Part shown: one piece after another, positions 1-8,007 of the stretch | Layout: every line of letters starts with the position of its first letter | Position numbering within the stretch: the stretch's first letter is position 1 | Source: an uncultured bacterium | GTDB lineage: Bacteria; Arandabacterota; Arandabacteria; JAGLYR01 | NCBI GenBank assembly: GCA_964610505.1 | Contig: CAZSXU010000024.1 | Coordinates: 91-64,090 of the forward strand | DNA: 64,000 nt | Direction of reading: 5' to 3' | Translations under genes and position numbers: made by a program | The notes under the pieces: generated by a model | Databases searched by the model: none | Seen by the model: only the letters and a program-made list of their open reading frames with translations | What the model was told of the DNA's origin: nothing

Positions 1-163
1 TCATCAAGGCTTCGGCTCGAGCCATAGCATCATAGCTCTTGATCGTCATGTTGAACCCTTTGGAGACGTTCCTGAAACGCCAGCGGACGGTTGCGCCGCT
101 TGCGTTCGTACTGTTGATGATCATGTCGCACGTCCCGGTCGGAGTCCCAAGTTCCCTGGGCAT
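1..163 (-). CDS. Hypothetical protein, 5' portion only (gene runs off window start); begins MPRELGTPTGTCDMIINSTNASG...
   Basis: Minus-strand ATG at 163 preceded by a strong AGGAGG Shine-Dalgarno with ~8-nt spacer. The frame stays open to position 1 (54 codons). It lies directly downstream of the EEP gene on the same strand and is absent from the track because no stop falls in the window. Confidence 0.4.
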   Translation of the reverse strand, partial: MPRELGTPTGTCDMIINSTNASGATVRWRFRNVSKGFNMTIKSYDAMARAEALM

Positions 164-209
164 TTCACAATCCTCCTTTCAGTCGGAACTCGGCTCATTC
201 CCGGCCGGG

Positions 210-1415
210 CTAGTCGGCCCCCGGCACGGGCAATCGGAACCAGGCCGGCATGTGGTCGCTGACGTCGGCCTTGGATCGGGCGAAGAGATCTTTCTGCTTG
301 CTTTCCGACAGATCCTTGAAATCGCCGTCGTGTATCGCGCGAGCGAAGAGGTCGGTGAATCGGAACACGCCGTAATCGTAAGCGTCTTTGCCCCCGGTCC
401 CGGCCTTCTTGTTGTCGTCGGAAGTGGGAAGCCGCTTGTCGTGGGCGAAGATGGCAATCTGGTCGTACGTCTGGTCCTGCCGGGCGTTCGTCTTGAGCTC
501 CCCGTGTTTCGGATGAGGCGTCAGCAGCGGGAAGTTCACTTTTGCCGCCTTCTTGCTCTTCAGAACCTTCTTGTTGAGAGCCTTGAGATCGTCGTCGATT
601 TCCTTGCGCTTGGCTTCGGCCGATTTCAACTCAAGGTTACAGTCCCCCATCATCAGCAGGTTCTTGTGGTATAGATACTCTTTCTTCTTGGCCCGGATCA
701 TCAACCAGTGGATGAGCGCGTCGAACTCCTGCTTCCGCTCCTCCGCATCCTCTCCGTAGAGGAGATGGGCATTGACGCCGAGGAACTCCACGGATTCCGC
801 CTCGCCTCGGGGCTTGATCTGGAACGAAGCACAGTGAGGTTGCCGGATGAAGGTGAGGAACCGGGGAACGGTCAAAGCGGGCTCCGGCGGCACCTCGTCT
901 CCGAGCCAATCCGGCGCCTGGGCTTCTTCCCAGGCTTCCCGGGCGTCTTCGAACGCGTCCCACGAGACTACGAAGTCGTCCCGGTGGTCTACGAGCGTCT
1001 TCACCACCTTCGTGCGATCGTGCGTGACGTCGGAGGCCAGCTCGGTTCGCTGAATCCGGTCCCACCGGAAGAGGAACGCCAGCCGCTCCGCGTTGCCCCG
1101 ATCCCCGGGATACACGCCCGTCACGTCGCTGACGACCATTCCGTATTTCTTTCCCAGACGTTCCTTCAGATACCGGATGGCCTCCAGATTGTCGCCGACT
1201 TCCTGAACGGCCATGAGGTCAAAGCGCTTGCAGGTCATTTCCAGGAAATCCCACGCAGGGTCCGGGCGGCTCTTTCGCGTCCCGAACTCACAAATGTTGA
1301 AAGTGCCCAGCACGACCGAGTTTTTTCGGCGCACAGGCAGGCCAAGGGTATTGGCGCTCTTCTTGGCCAGTTTGTGGATCTTGTCCCAATCGCTTTGTTT
1401 GAATCGCTTCGCCAT
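210..1415 (-). CDS. Endonuclease/exonuclease/phosphatase (EEP) family protein
   Basis: LGTFNICEFG...MAVQEV N-terminal EEP motif, MMGDCNLE, and C-terminal SDHMPAWFRLPVP (the SDHxP catalytic His motif). Preferred start is ATG at 1415 (MAKRFKQ) with a GGAGG SD 6 nt upstream. The track ORF extends to 1646, but that N-terminal extension is low-complexity. Confidence 0.8.
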   Translation of the reverse strand: MAKRFKQSDWDKIHKLAKKSANTLGLPVRRKNSVVLGTFNICEFGTRKSRPDPAWDFLEMTCKRFDLMAVQEVGDNLEAIRYLKERLGKKYGMVVSDVTGVYPGDRGNAERLAFLFRWDRIQRTELASDVTHDRTKVVKTLVDHRDDFVVSWDAFEDAREAWEEAQAPDWLGDEVPPEPALTVPRFLTFIRQPHCASFQIKPRGEAESVEFLGVNAHLLYGEDAEERKQEFDALIHWLMIRAKKKEYLYHKNLLMMGDCNLELKSAEAKRKEIDDDLKALNKKVLKSKKAAKVNFPLLTPHPKHGELKTNARQDQTYDQIAIFAHDKRLPTSDDNKKAGTGGKDAYDYGVFRFTDLFARAIHDGDFKDLSESKQKDLFARSKADVSDHMPAWFRLPVPGAD

Positions 1416-1951
1416 GTTGGGCCTCCGGTCGAAAATGCCGGGAAACCTGCCTTCGGGTCCCCGGCGGCGCTCCTCCCAGGAAAGCAGTGCTTCGCTGTCG
1501 ACACCGCACGCGAGGTCCGGATTCAACTCGCAGGAATCCGACACAGGAAGATTCGGCACAGTGGTTCGAGAGGATCCCGTAGTATTAACCGGGTGAGGGG
1601 CCGGATTTCTGTCGAAGATTTTTCCGGGCGCGCGCTTTTTTTCCAAGGGTTTGCGGATTTTGGAGATAGGCCGATGGACGTCCAGGCTCGGTGGCGGTTT
1701 CTGGCGCCCTCAGCTCCACGCGCCTCGTCCGCCGCCGGAGTTCATTCCGGGAGAATACGGAACTTCAGATCCAATTGCGAGTTCATTCAATGATACGTTT
1801 CCGGCTCCCGAGTGCCTTTTCGGGCCTCGACATGTGCGATCGGCCACCCGGACCTCTTTAGGGTTGTCGAATGAAACCGGGATGAGTAGAATAGCGTCCC
1901 GGCGTTGAGGAAGGATTCCCTGATGACGACCCCTCCTGTGATGAGGTTTCC

Positions 1952-4486
1952 ATGCGGCCCAGTGCCACACGCGGCTTGTCGCATTGCAACTTGCCCCCGC
2001 CCTGTCTTAGAGCCCCTGCTGGCGGTCCTTCACGAAGACGCGCGACTGCTTTGCACAGCATTCTCAGACGGTTGGTCCCGGCGCTTTCTCTGATTCTCGG
2101 ATTCCCGTATCTGTCCAGCGTTCACGCCGAGGCCCAGTACGATCCCGGCGGAATCGCGGGAACCGTCGCGGCGCGAACGACCTCCGTACCTCTTGCCGGA
2201 GTCTACATTCAGATTCTCGACACCTCATCGCAGGCGGTTACGGATCAGGCCGGTTCGTACTCCATCGACGAGGTACCCCCGGGCATCTACAGCGTCGGAT
2301 TCGATCTTCCCGGCTATCGTACCCTGATTCGCACAAACGTATCCGTGGCCCCCGGACGAACCACCGAGCTCTCCGTCAGTCTGGACGCCGAGATGGCTAT
2401 TCAATCGGAGTTGAGAGTCTACGAGATCAACGAGCTGACGGTGGAGGGGGAGGTGTCCTACTTCGAAACGGATCCCGACATCGAGGTGTCGGGACGGAGC
2501 ATCTCGAGTGACGAGATCCTCTCAGCGTCAGGTGCAATGCGTGACATTCAACGGGTTGTCCAGATCCTCCCATCGGTAACCACCGGGTCGGATCAGATGA
2601 ACGAGATCATCGTGCGAGGGGGGAACTACGGTGAGAATCTCTTTCTGCTCGACGGACTCGAGATTCCCAATCCGAACCACTTCGCCTACCAGGGCGCGGG
2701 CGGAGGACCCATTTCGATTCTCTCCGCCGAGACGATTCGGGACGTCAACTTCATCGCCGGGGCTTTCCCGGCGCGCTACGGCGACAAGGCCTCTTCGGTC
2801 CTGGATATCACGCTCCGCAAGGGAGCACGGGACCGGCGGTTGGTCACCTTCGATACGAGCATGGGGGGCATCGGCGGCATTCTGGAGGGGCCGATCGGAA
2901 AAGGGGGGACGTATCTGGTATCGGGGAACAGGAGCTACCTCGAGCTCATTGCCTCCGGTTTCGGGCTGACCGCCGTTCCGAAATACGGCAGTTTGCAGAG
3001 CAAGGTGTCCTATGACGTCGGGCGGCACACGTTCCTGTGGAACACGCTGTACTCCACCGACCATATTGAGATCGAATCCGACGACGAGGACGAAGATTTC
3101 AACGTCGACTTCGACAGCGGACTTGTGATGAGCGGGGCGACGCTGAAGAGCCTCTTCGGCCGCTCTCTCCACACGGAACTCGCGCTGTCCCACGTCCGGA
3201 ATCTGTGGGACTACACGGCGGAGGAAGGCGCGCAGGGCCGAAGCCTCGACCGGATCAGCAACCGCTCCACGGAATCGGAAACCCAGATCAAGGGTCATGC
3301 GGCCTGGTCCCCCGGAAGCTATTCCCTATCGGGCGGGTTCTCCGTCAAGAACAGCCGGTTCGAACATGATATCGACACGGCGCCGGACACCACCTTCATC
3401 TTCGATACGGATTTCGCCTCGGCCGACGACGACACGATTATCGGAGTGCTGGACGACCATCCGGCCTGGCGGGTGCATCGGGACGTCAATGCCTACAAGA
3501 ATGCTGTCTACGGCCAGTTCCGCTTCAGCCCTCTGCGGCGGCTCACGCTGCGGCTGGGTGGGCGGTACGATTGGATGGATTTCACGGACGAATCACATCT
3601 GTCACCCCGAGTTGCGATCCGCCTGGCACTGTCCAATACTCTCTGGCTGAGCTCGGCCTATGGAATCCACTACCAGAGCCCTGCCTACCTGGCCCTGACC
3701 GCTCACGAGAACAACAGAGACAATCTCGACAGCTACTACACGGAGCAGTTGGTCGTCGGAACGGAGTGGCTTCCGCGGCCGGATACTCGCGTCACGCTGG
3801 AGGGCTACGCAAAGGAGTACCGGGATGTGCCGGTGGCCAAGGAGTGGCTGACGCCGGATCCCTGGGACGATTTCGACGGCACGGGAGAACTTGTTAATGC
3901 CGCCGAGGGCCGTTCCGAGGGAATCGAGCTCTACATCCAGCGCAAGAAGAGCACGTCCTATTCGTACATTCTCTCCCTGTCGCTCTACCGGGCCCGGTTC
4001 AAAGACCCGCGGACCGGAGAGGAGCGGCCGTGGGATTTCGACCACCGCCGCCTGTGCACCCTTTCGGTATCCAAGCACTGGCGCCTGTCGGGAGCCCCCT
4101 GGTACGAGAACATGAAGGACAAGCTCTGGTACCGGTTTTTCAGGGGATTTCTGCCGTTTGGCGACGAGGTTGAACTCTCGGCGCGCTGGCGGTTCGCGGG
4201 AGGGAGACCCTACACGCGACCCGAATATCTGCGCGAATACCACACGTGGATTACGCCGGCGGACGCGCCCCTCAACGCAGATCGCCATCCCGACTACCAC
4301 CGCCTCGACATCCGCCTCGATCGCCACTACTATCGCAAGAACATGAGCCTGACGGTCTATTTCGACCTGATGAACGTCTACGGGCGCAAGAACATCTGGG
4401 GCTATTCGTATGATGGGAACGGCGAAGTAGACCGGGTGAACCAGTTCTCCACGATTCCGTTCGTGGGACTCAGCATCAAATTCTGA
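1952..4486 (+). CDS. TonB-dependent receptor-like outer-membrane protein (CarboxypepD_reg domain + plug + beta-barrel)
   Basis: The signal-like region ILRRLVPALSLILGFPYLSSVHA is followed by a CarboxypepD_reg-like segment (GIAGTV...AGVYIQILD...TDQAGSYSIDEVPPGIYSVGFDLPGY), a plug-like IVRGGNYGENLFLLDGLEIPNPNHF, and a C-terminal ...GLSIKF ending in Phe. The true start may be an internal TTG/GTG just before the signal peptide. Confidence 0.85.
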   Translation: MRPSATRGLSHCNLPPPCLRAPAGGPSRRRATALHSILRRLVPALSLILGFPYLSSVHAEAQYDPGGIAGTVAARTTSVPLAGVYIQILDTSSQAVTDQAGSYSIDEVPPGIYSVGFDLPGYRTLIRTNVSVAPGRTTELSVSLDAEMAIQSELRVYEINELTVEGEVSYFETDPDIEVSGRSISSDEILSASGAMRDIQRVVQILPSVTTGSDQMNEIIVRGGNYGENLFLLDGLEIPNPNHFAYQGAGGGPISILSAETIRDVNFIAGAFPARYGDKASSVLDITLRKGARDRRLVTFDTSMGGIGGILEGPIGKGGTYLVSGNRSYLELIASGFGLTAVPKYGSLQSKVSYDVGRHTFLWNTLYSTDHIEIESDDEDEDFNVDFDSGLVMSGATLKSLFGRSLHTELALSHVRNLWDYTAEEGAQGRSLDRISNRSTESETQIKGHAAWSPGSYSLSGGFSVKNSRFEHDIDTAPDTTFIFDTDFASADDDTIIGVLDDHPAWRVHRDVNAYKNAVYGQFRFSPLRRLTLRLGGRYDWMDFTDESHLSPRVAIRLALSNTLWLSSAYGIHYQSPAYLALTAHENNRDNLDSYYTEQLVVGTEWLPRPDTRVTLEGYAKEYRDVPVAKEWLTPDPWDDFDGTGELVNAAEGRSEGIELYIQRKKSTSYSYILSLSLYRARFKDPRTGEERPWDFDHRRLCTLSVSKHWRLSGAPWYENMKDKLWYRFFRGFLPFGDEVELSARWRFAGGRPYTRPEYLREYHTWITPADAPLNADRHPDYHRLDIRLDRHYYRKNMSLTVYFDLMNVYGRKNIWGYSYDGNGEVDRVNQFSTIPFVGLSIKF

Positions 4487-4519
4487 GAGCCGAGAGCCGA
4501 AATCCGAGATCGGAGAACA
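4485..4519. repeat. Short CCGAGAGCC-type simple repeat tract (gagagccgagagccgaaatccgagatcggagaac), followed at ~4717-4760 by a (T)CAGAAC-periodic tract
   Basis: Read directly in the intergenic region between the convergent TonB-like and AhpD-like genes. The same repeat class recurs at 15853-15880 and 29589-29720. Confidence 0.55.
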
Positions 4520-4750
4520 GCGTTAATCCCCCCTTCCGCCGTGGCGTCGGCGACGCCGAGCCCTGCCCGCAGCGGAACGCCCGAATCCAGGACCACCAAG
4601 AAGGTAACGAAGCACACGAAGAAAACACGAAGGACACGAAGGGGGAAATCGGCGCCCTGCGGGAAAACCCATTTGCGAGTCCCGAGTCCCTTGTCCCGGG
4701 CCCTCGTCACTCGCTCTCAACTCAGAACGTAGAACTTAGAACTCAGAACT

Positions 4751-5089
4751 TCACTTGAACACATGATCCATCGCTTCCAGCGCGAAGCGCGCCGACACGG
4801 TCGCCCGTCCGCCTCCGATCTCCATGGCGACGCCGAGGGTCTCGACCATTTCCTCCATCGTCGCTCCCGCGCGGGCCGCCTTGCGAATGTGCCACTCCAT
4901 GCAGGATTCGCAGTCCGTGACGACCGAAATCCCGACGGCGATGAGCTCCTTGATCTTGACCGGCACATGTCCCGGTGAGAAGGCGGCCTCCTCCAGCTTG
5001 AGGAACGCCTTGTAGGCCTTGGAGTCCAGGTCCAGAAGCCTCTGGTGAGCCTGTCGCCTGGTCTCGACAATCTCTTGAATCTTGCTCAT
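4751..5089 (-). CDS. Carboxymuconolactone decarboxylase / AhpD-like family protein
   Basis: MSKIQEIVETRRQ... with the AhpD-core CxxC motif (VVTDCESCMEWHIRKA). Start is ATG at 5089 with a GGAGGA SD (revcomp of ggaggatttc). The track ORF extension to 5164 is not needed. Confidence 0.85.
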   Translation of the reverse strand: MSKIQEIVETRRQAHQRLLDLDSKAYKAFLKLEEAAFSPGHVPVKIKELIAVGISVVTDCESCMEWHIRKAARAGATMEEMVETLGVAMEIGGGRATVSARFALEAMDHVFK

Positions 5090-5254
5090 CGAAATCCTCC
5101 CTGACGTTGGAATGGTCTCACCGTCGTGCCCTCGGACTCTACGCGGCGCGTGTCCCGGGCGCAACGTCCAATGGAGTCTTCACTCATGGGACCAATGCGG
5201 GAGTTCAAGGGTGTTGCTTTCGAGGGCCGGTCAGGCAGGTGAGCGCGATCGTTC

Positions 5255-5488
5255 CTACTCCGGCAGTCTCCCAGTCAGTTTCCAGATCCAGCGGTGCATC
5301 CGGTGGAGAGATTTCACGGGCTCGGCGAACATCAGAATGCACTCCCCGGCGACAACGGAAATCCCATGTTCCTCGCAGAATCGAACGGCGGTGTCCGACG
5401 CGGCCCCGACCTGCACCCACACTCTCGAAATACCGAGGTCGGCCGCCTCGGCGACGATGTTCTCCGTCTCCGCCGGGCGGACGATCAT
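5255..5488 (-). pseudogene. N-terminally truncated CoA-binding domain protein (YccU/pfam13380-like) remnant
   Basis: 77 aa (MIVRPAETENIVAEAADLGISRVWVQVGAASDTAVRFCEEHGISVVAGECILMF) match only the C-terminal half of CoA-binding-domain proteins. The upstream space is taken by the FGE gene, which ends 22 nt away, so the Rossmann N-terminal half is absent. Confidence 0.4.
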
Positions 5489-5510
5489 GACAACACCGCC
5501 GCCGGCTCGA

Positions 5511-6299
5511 TCATTCGCCCACTTCCTTCACGCATCGGAATCCCACGTTGAAATCGATCCAGTGCGGGGGCAGCGCGTTTCGAAAGTACACGCGATTGCA
5601 GTAGGGCCCCGAATGCCAGCCGCCTCCTCGAATGACGCGGAACCTCCCCTTCTTGGGGCCCGCAGGATTCCGGTAGGGAGATTCAGCGTAATAGTCCTCG
5701 CCGTAGCGATCCGCCACCCATTCAACCACGTTCCCGGCCATGTCGTAGAGGCCGTACCCGTTGGGGGGATAGCTTCCAACAGGAACGGTTCCCTTCACGG
5801 ATTCTTTCTTGTAGTAGTTGGCCAGGGAGAGGTCAATGTCGTCGCCGTTCGGGTAGTTCTTGCCGGCCAGACCTCCTCGGGCGGCATACTCCCACTCCGC
5901 CTCCGTGGGAAGCCTCATCCCGCGCCATTCGGCGTACGCCTTGGCGTCTCCCGAGGTCACGCCGACCACCGGATGGTTCGGATAGTCGCTCCCGCAGTGA
6001 AACTCGTCGATTCCCCAGAGTTGAGGGAGGTCCCGCCCCGTCGCCCGGCAGAAGGCGAGGTAGTGGGCATTGGTCACTTCATGCGTGTCCATGGCGAAGG
6101 CATCGATGAAGACCTTGTGCGCCGGGTTGTGATCGCCCTCGGAATCGGAGCCCATCATGAACTCTCCGGCCGGGATCGGCACCGTTTCCGGCGCAACCAA
6201 ACCCCCGCCCGTCAGGTTCTCGCCCGGCCCTGGGGTTCGCGCACAGGAGACCGAACAGGCCGACAGTAGACATACAAAGAGAAGGGACGTTGAGTTCAT
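5511..6299 (-). CDS. Formylglycine-generating enzyme family protein (SUMF1/FGE-sulfatase domain), lipoprotein
   Basis: Lipobox signal MNSTSLLFVCLLSACS, then HKVFIDAFAMDTHEVTNAHYLAFC...RLPTEAEWEYAARGG...YDMAGNVVEWVADRY...RVIRGGGWHS, which are classic FGE motifs. Confidence 0.9.
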   Translation of the reverse strand: MNSTSLLFVCLLSACSVSCARTPGPGENLTGGGLVAPETVPIPAGEFMMGSDSEGDHNPAHKVFIDAFAMDTHEVTNAHYLAFCRATGRDLPQLWGIDEFHCGSDYPNHPVVGVTSGDAKAYAEWRGMRLPTEAEWEYAARGGLAGKNYPNGDDIDLSLANYYKKESVKGTVPVGSYPPNGYGLYDMAGNVVEWVADRYGEDYYAESPYRNPAGPKKGRFRVIRGGGWHSGPYCNRVYFRNALPPHWIDFNVGFRCVKEVGE

Positions 6300-6473
6300 T
6301 CGGTCAATCGTCCTTTGGATGGTTGCAGGTTCGGTTCCCGGTCACGAGGGGCACTCCGTAACCTTCATCGCGGCACCTCTCCCGGCGGCGGCTGCGTTGC
6401 CGTATGGTCGCGTGATTTCGGCGCGAAGGTCAACCCAGAAAACCCGGCAGGTTCGTCGGGAGTGAAGGGGACA

Positions 6474-7760
6474 TCAGGGTTGGGGGGTCTTGGAATCCGG
6501 CGTGGGGAGCAAGGGCCGTTCCCGGCGGTACGTTTGTTTGAGACGGCTCCAGGTGGCGGGTTCGACGGACATCTCTTCTCCGGCGGTGCAGGATTCCCCG
6601 AGTGCTCCGATCAATACGCTACACGAGTTGTTCTCGGGGAGACAGGGAGAGTCGGGCCCCACCCCGAAATTCCCCGCAGGCGGATCGCAGAACCGGGGAT
6701 CCATGGACAAATTTCCGTGGATCCCTTCGTGCTCGGCGATGCAGCCGGTCCAGTCGCCGCCTCCGTTTTCGAAGAGATTGCAGCACAGCAGATTCGGCTC
6801 GCTGCTGGCGCCGCAGGAGATGGTTTCTCCTCCGATGCTCATGGCGATGACCACTCGAATGAGTGTAGGGGAGGAGAGATCGCAGTGGATCGCGGCGCCC
6901 TCGATGCTTGCGCTGTTTCCCCAGAAGGTGCAGTAGGTGATCTCCGGCGAGGAGAGCTCCAGATATATGGCGCCGCCCACGTCGGCGACGTTGGAGACGA
7001 TGATACAGTGCTCAAGAGTCGGGCTGTAGGCGCCGCAGGTGAGCCCGCCCCCCTGGATCGCCGTGTTCTCTGAGATCGTGCAGTTCGTAATCAGCGGGAA
7101 GCTGTAGTAGAGGTACACTCCGCCGCCCGTGTAGGTGGCCGAATTTCCGGTGATGGTGCAGTTGTCGATGGTCGGGGAGGAGTCCTCGCGGCAATTGATG
7201 CCACCGCCGTAGCCCTGCACCCCCCCGGCGGTGTTGTCGGCGATTGTGCAATCGCTGATGGTGGGCGTTGAGGTTCCAATGCAGAGGATCCCGCCGCCCC
7301 GGGTCATCACGCCGCCGGTCTCGTTCTCGACCACGGCGCAATTGACGATCGAGGGAGAGGCGGATTCGCAGTAGATCCCGCCTCCCCCGGTGGCCGACGA
7401 GATATATCCGTGAGTGATCGTGACGCTGCGAAGGATCGATTCGGGACCTTCCGCCGTGTGGAAGTGAAAACCTCGATGAGGGTCGGATTCACTTCCTTCG
7501 CAATCGATGATGCACAGCTCGGGATCGTCGCTCTCGGATCGAACCGTGAGATCTTTTCCCAGAAAGTCGATGTCGCGGTTTCCCTCACCCGTAAAGGTGC
7601 CGTCGCCTAGGCTGACGGTATCCCCTTCCGCCGCGGCCGTGACCGCCTCCTGAATCGTGGCGTAGTCCCCCGTGCCGTCGGGCCGAACGAGATGCGTGGC
7701 CGCGAAGACGGGCGAAGCGATCGTAATCATCAAGGACAACGCGAGAAGCAAGCGGCGCAC
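6474..7760 (-). CDS. Secreted right-handed parallel beta-helix repeat protein
   Basis: Repeated NCTITGNSATYTGGGVY / NCTISENTAIQGGGL / CIIVSNVADVGGAIY beta-helix rungs. The likely start is GTG at 7760 (RRLLLALSLMITIASPVFAA signal) with a GGGAGA SD 5 nt upstream. The track start at 7994 probably over-extends. Confidence 0.75.
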   Translation of the reverse strand: MRRLLLALSLMITIASPVFAATHLVRPDGTGDYATIQEAVTAAAEGDTVSLGDGTFTGEGNRDIDFLGKDLTVRSESDDPELCIIDCEGSESDPHRGFHFHTAEGPESILRSVTITHGYISSATGGGGIYCESASPSIVNCAVVENETGGVMTRGGGILCIGTSTPTISDCTIADNTAGGVQGYGGGINCREDSSPTIDNCTITGNSATYTGGGVYLYYSFPLITNCTISENTAIQGGGLTCGAYSPTLEHCIIVSNVADVGGAIYLELSSPEITYCTFWGNSASIEGAAIHCDLSSPTLIRVVIAMSIGGETISCGASSEPNLLCCNLFENGGGDWTGCIAEHEGIHGNLSMDPRFCDPPAGNFGVGPDSPCLPENNSCSVLIGALGESCTAGEEMSVEPATWSRLKQTYRRERPLLPTPDSKTPQP

Positions 7761-8007
7761 AGCCGTCTCCCATGAGCGGGGATTCAATCCGACCCATTCC
7801 AGCCCAAGAGTGCGGTCTTTCGAGCATCTTGTCCATATGGAAAGTCGGCCGAAATCGGGTTTCGCTGAAGCGCAGGAACAGACTGGATGGTCGGAATTCG
7901 GACTGCGGGTCAGACTCCAAGATCCCCAACAGGCCGAAGAAACAGGGGCGGCCCGATGGCCGCCCCTGTAGGTCTCATTCCCGACCGCATGCATCCGGCC
8001 GGGATCG

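Noticed and set aside
39-1793. Plus-strand ORFs 39..674 and 708..1793
   Set aside because: They are antisense to the well-supported EEP-family gene and have no recognisable motifs.
5082-6269. 395-aa plus ORF
   Set aside because: It is antisense to the FGE gene and the CoA-binding remnant and has no family signal.
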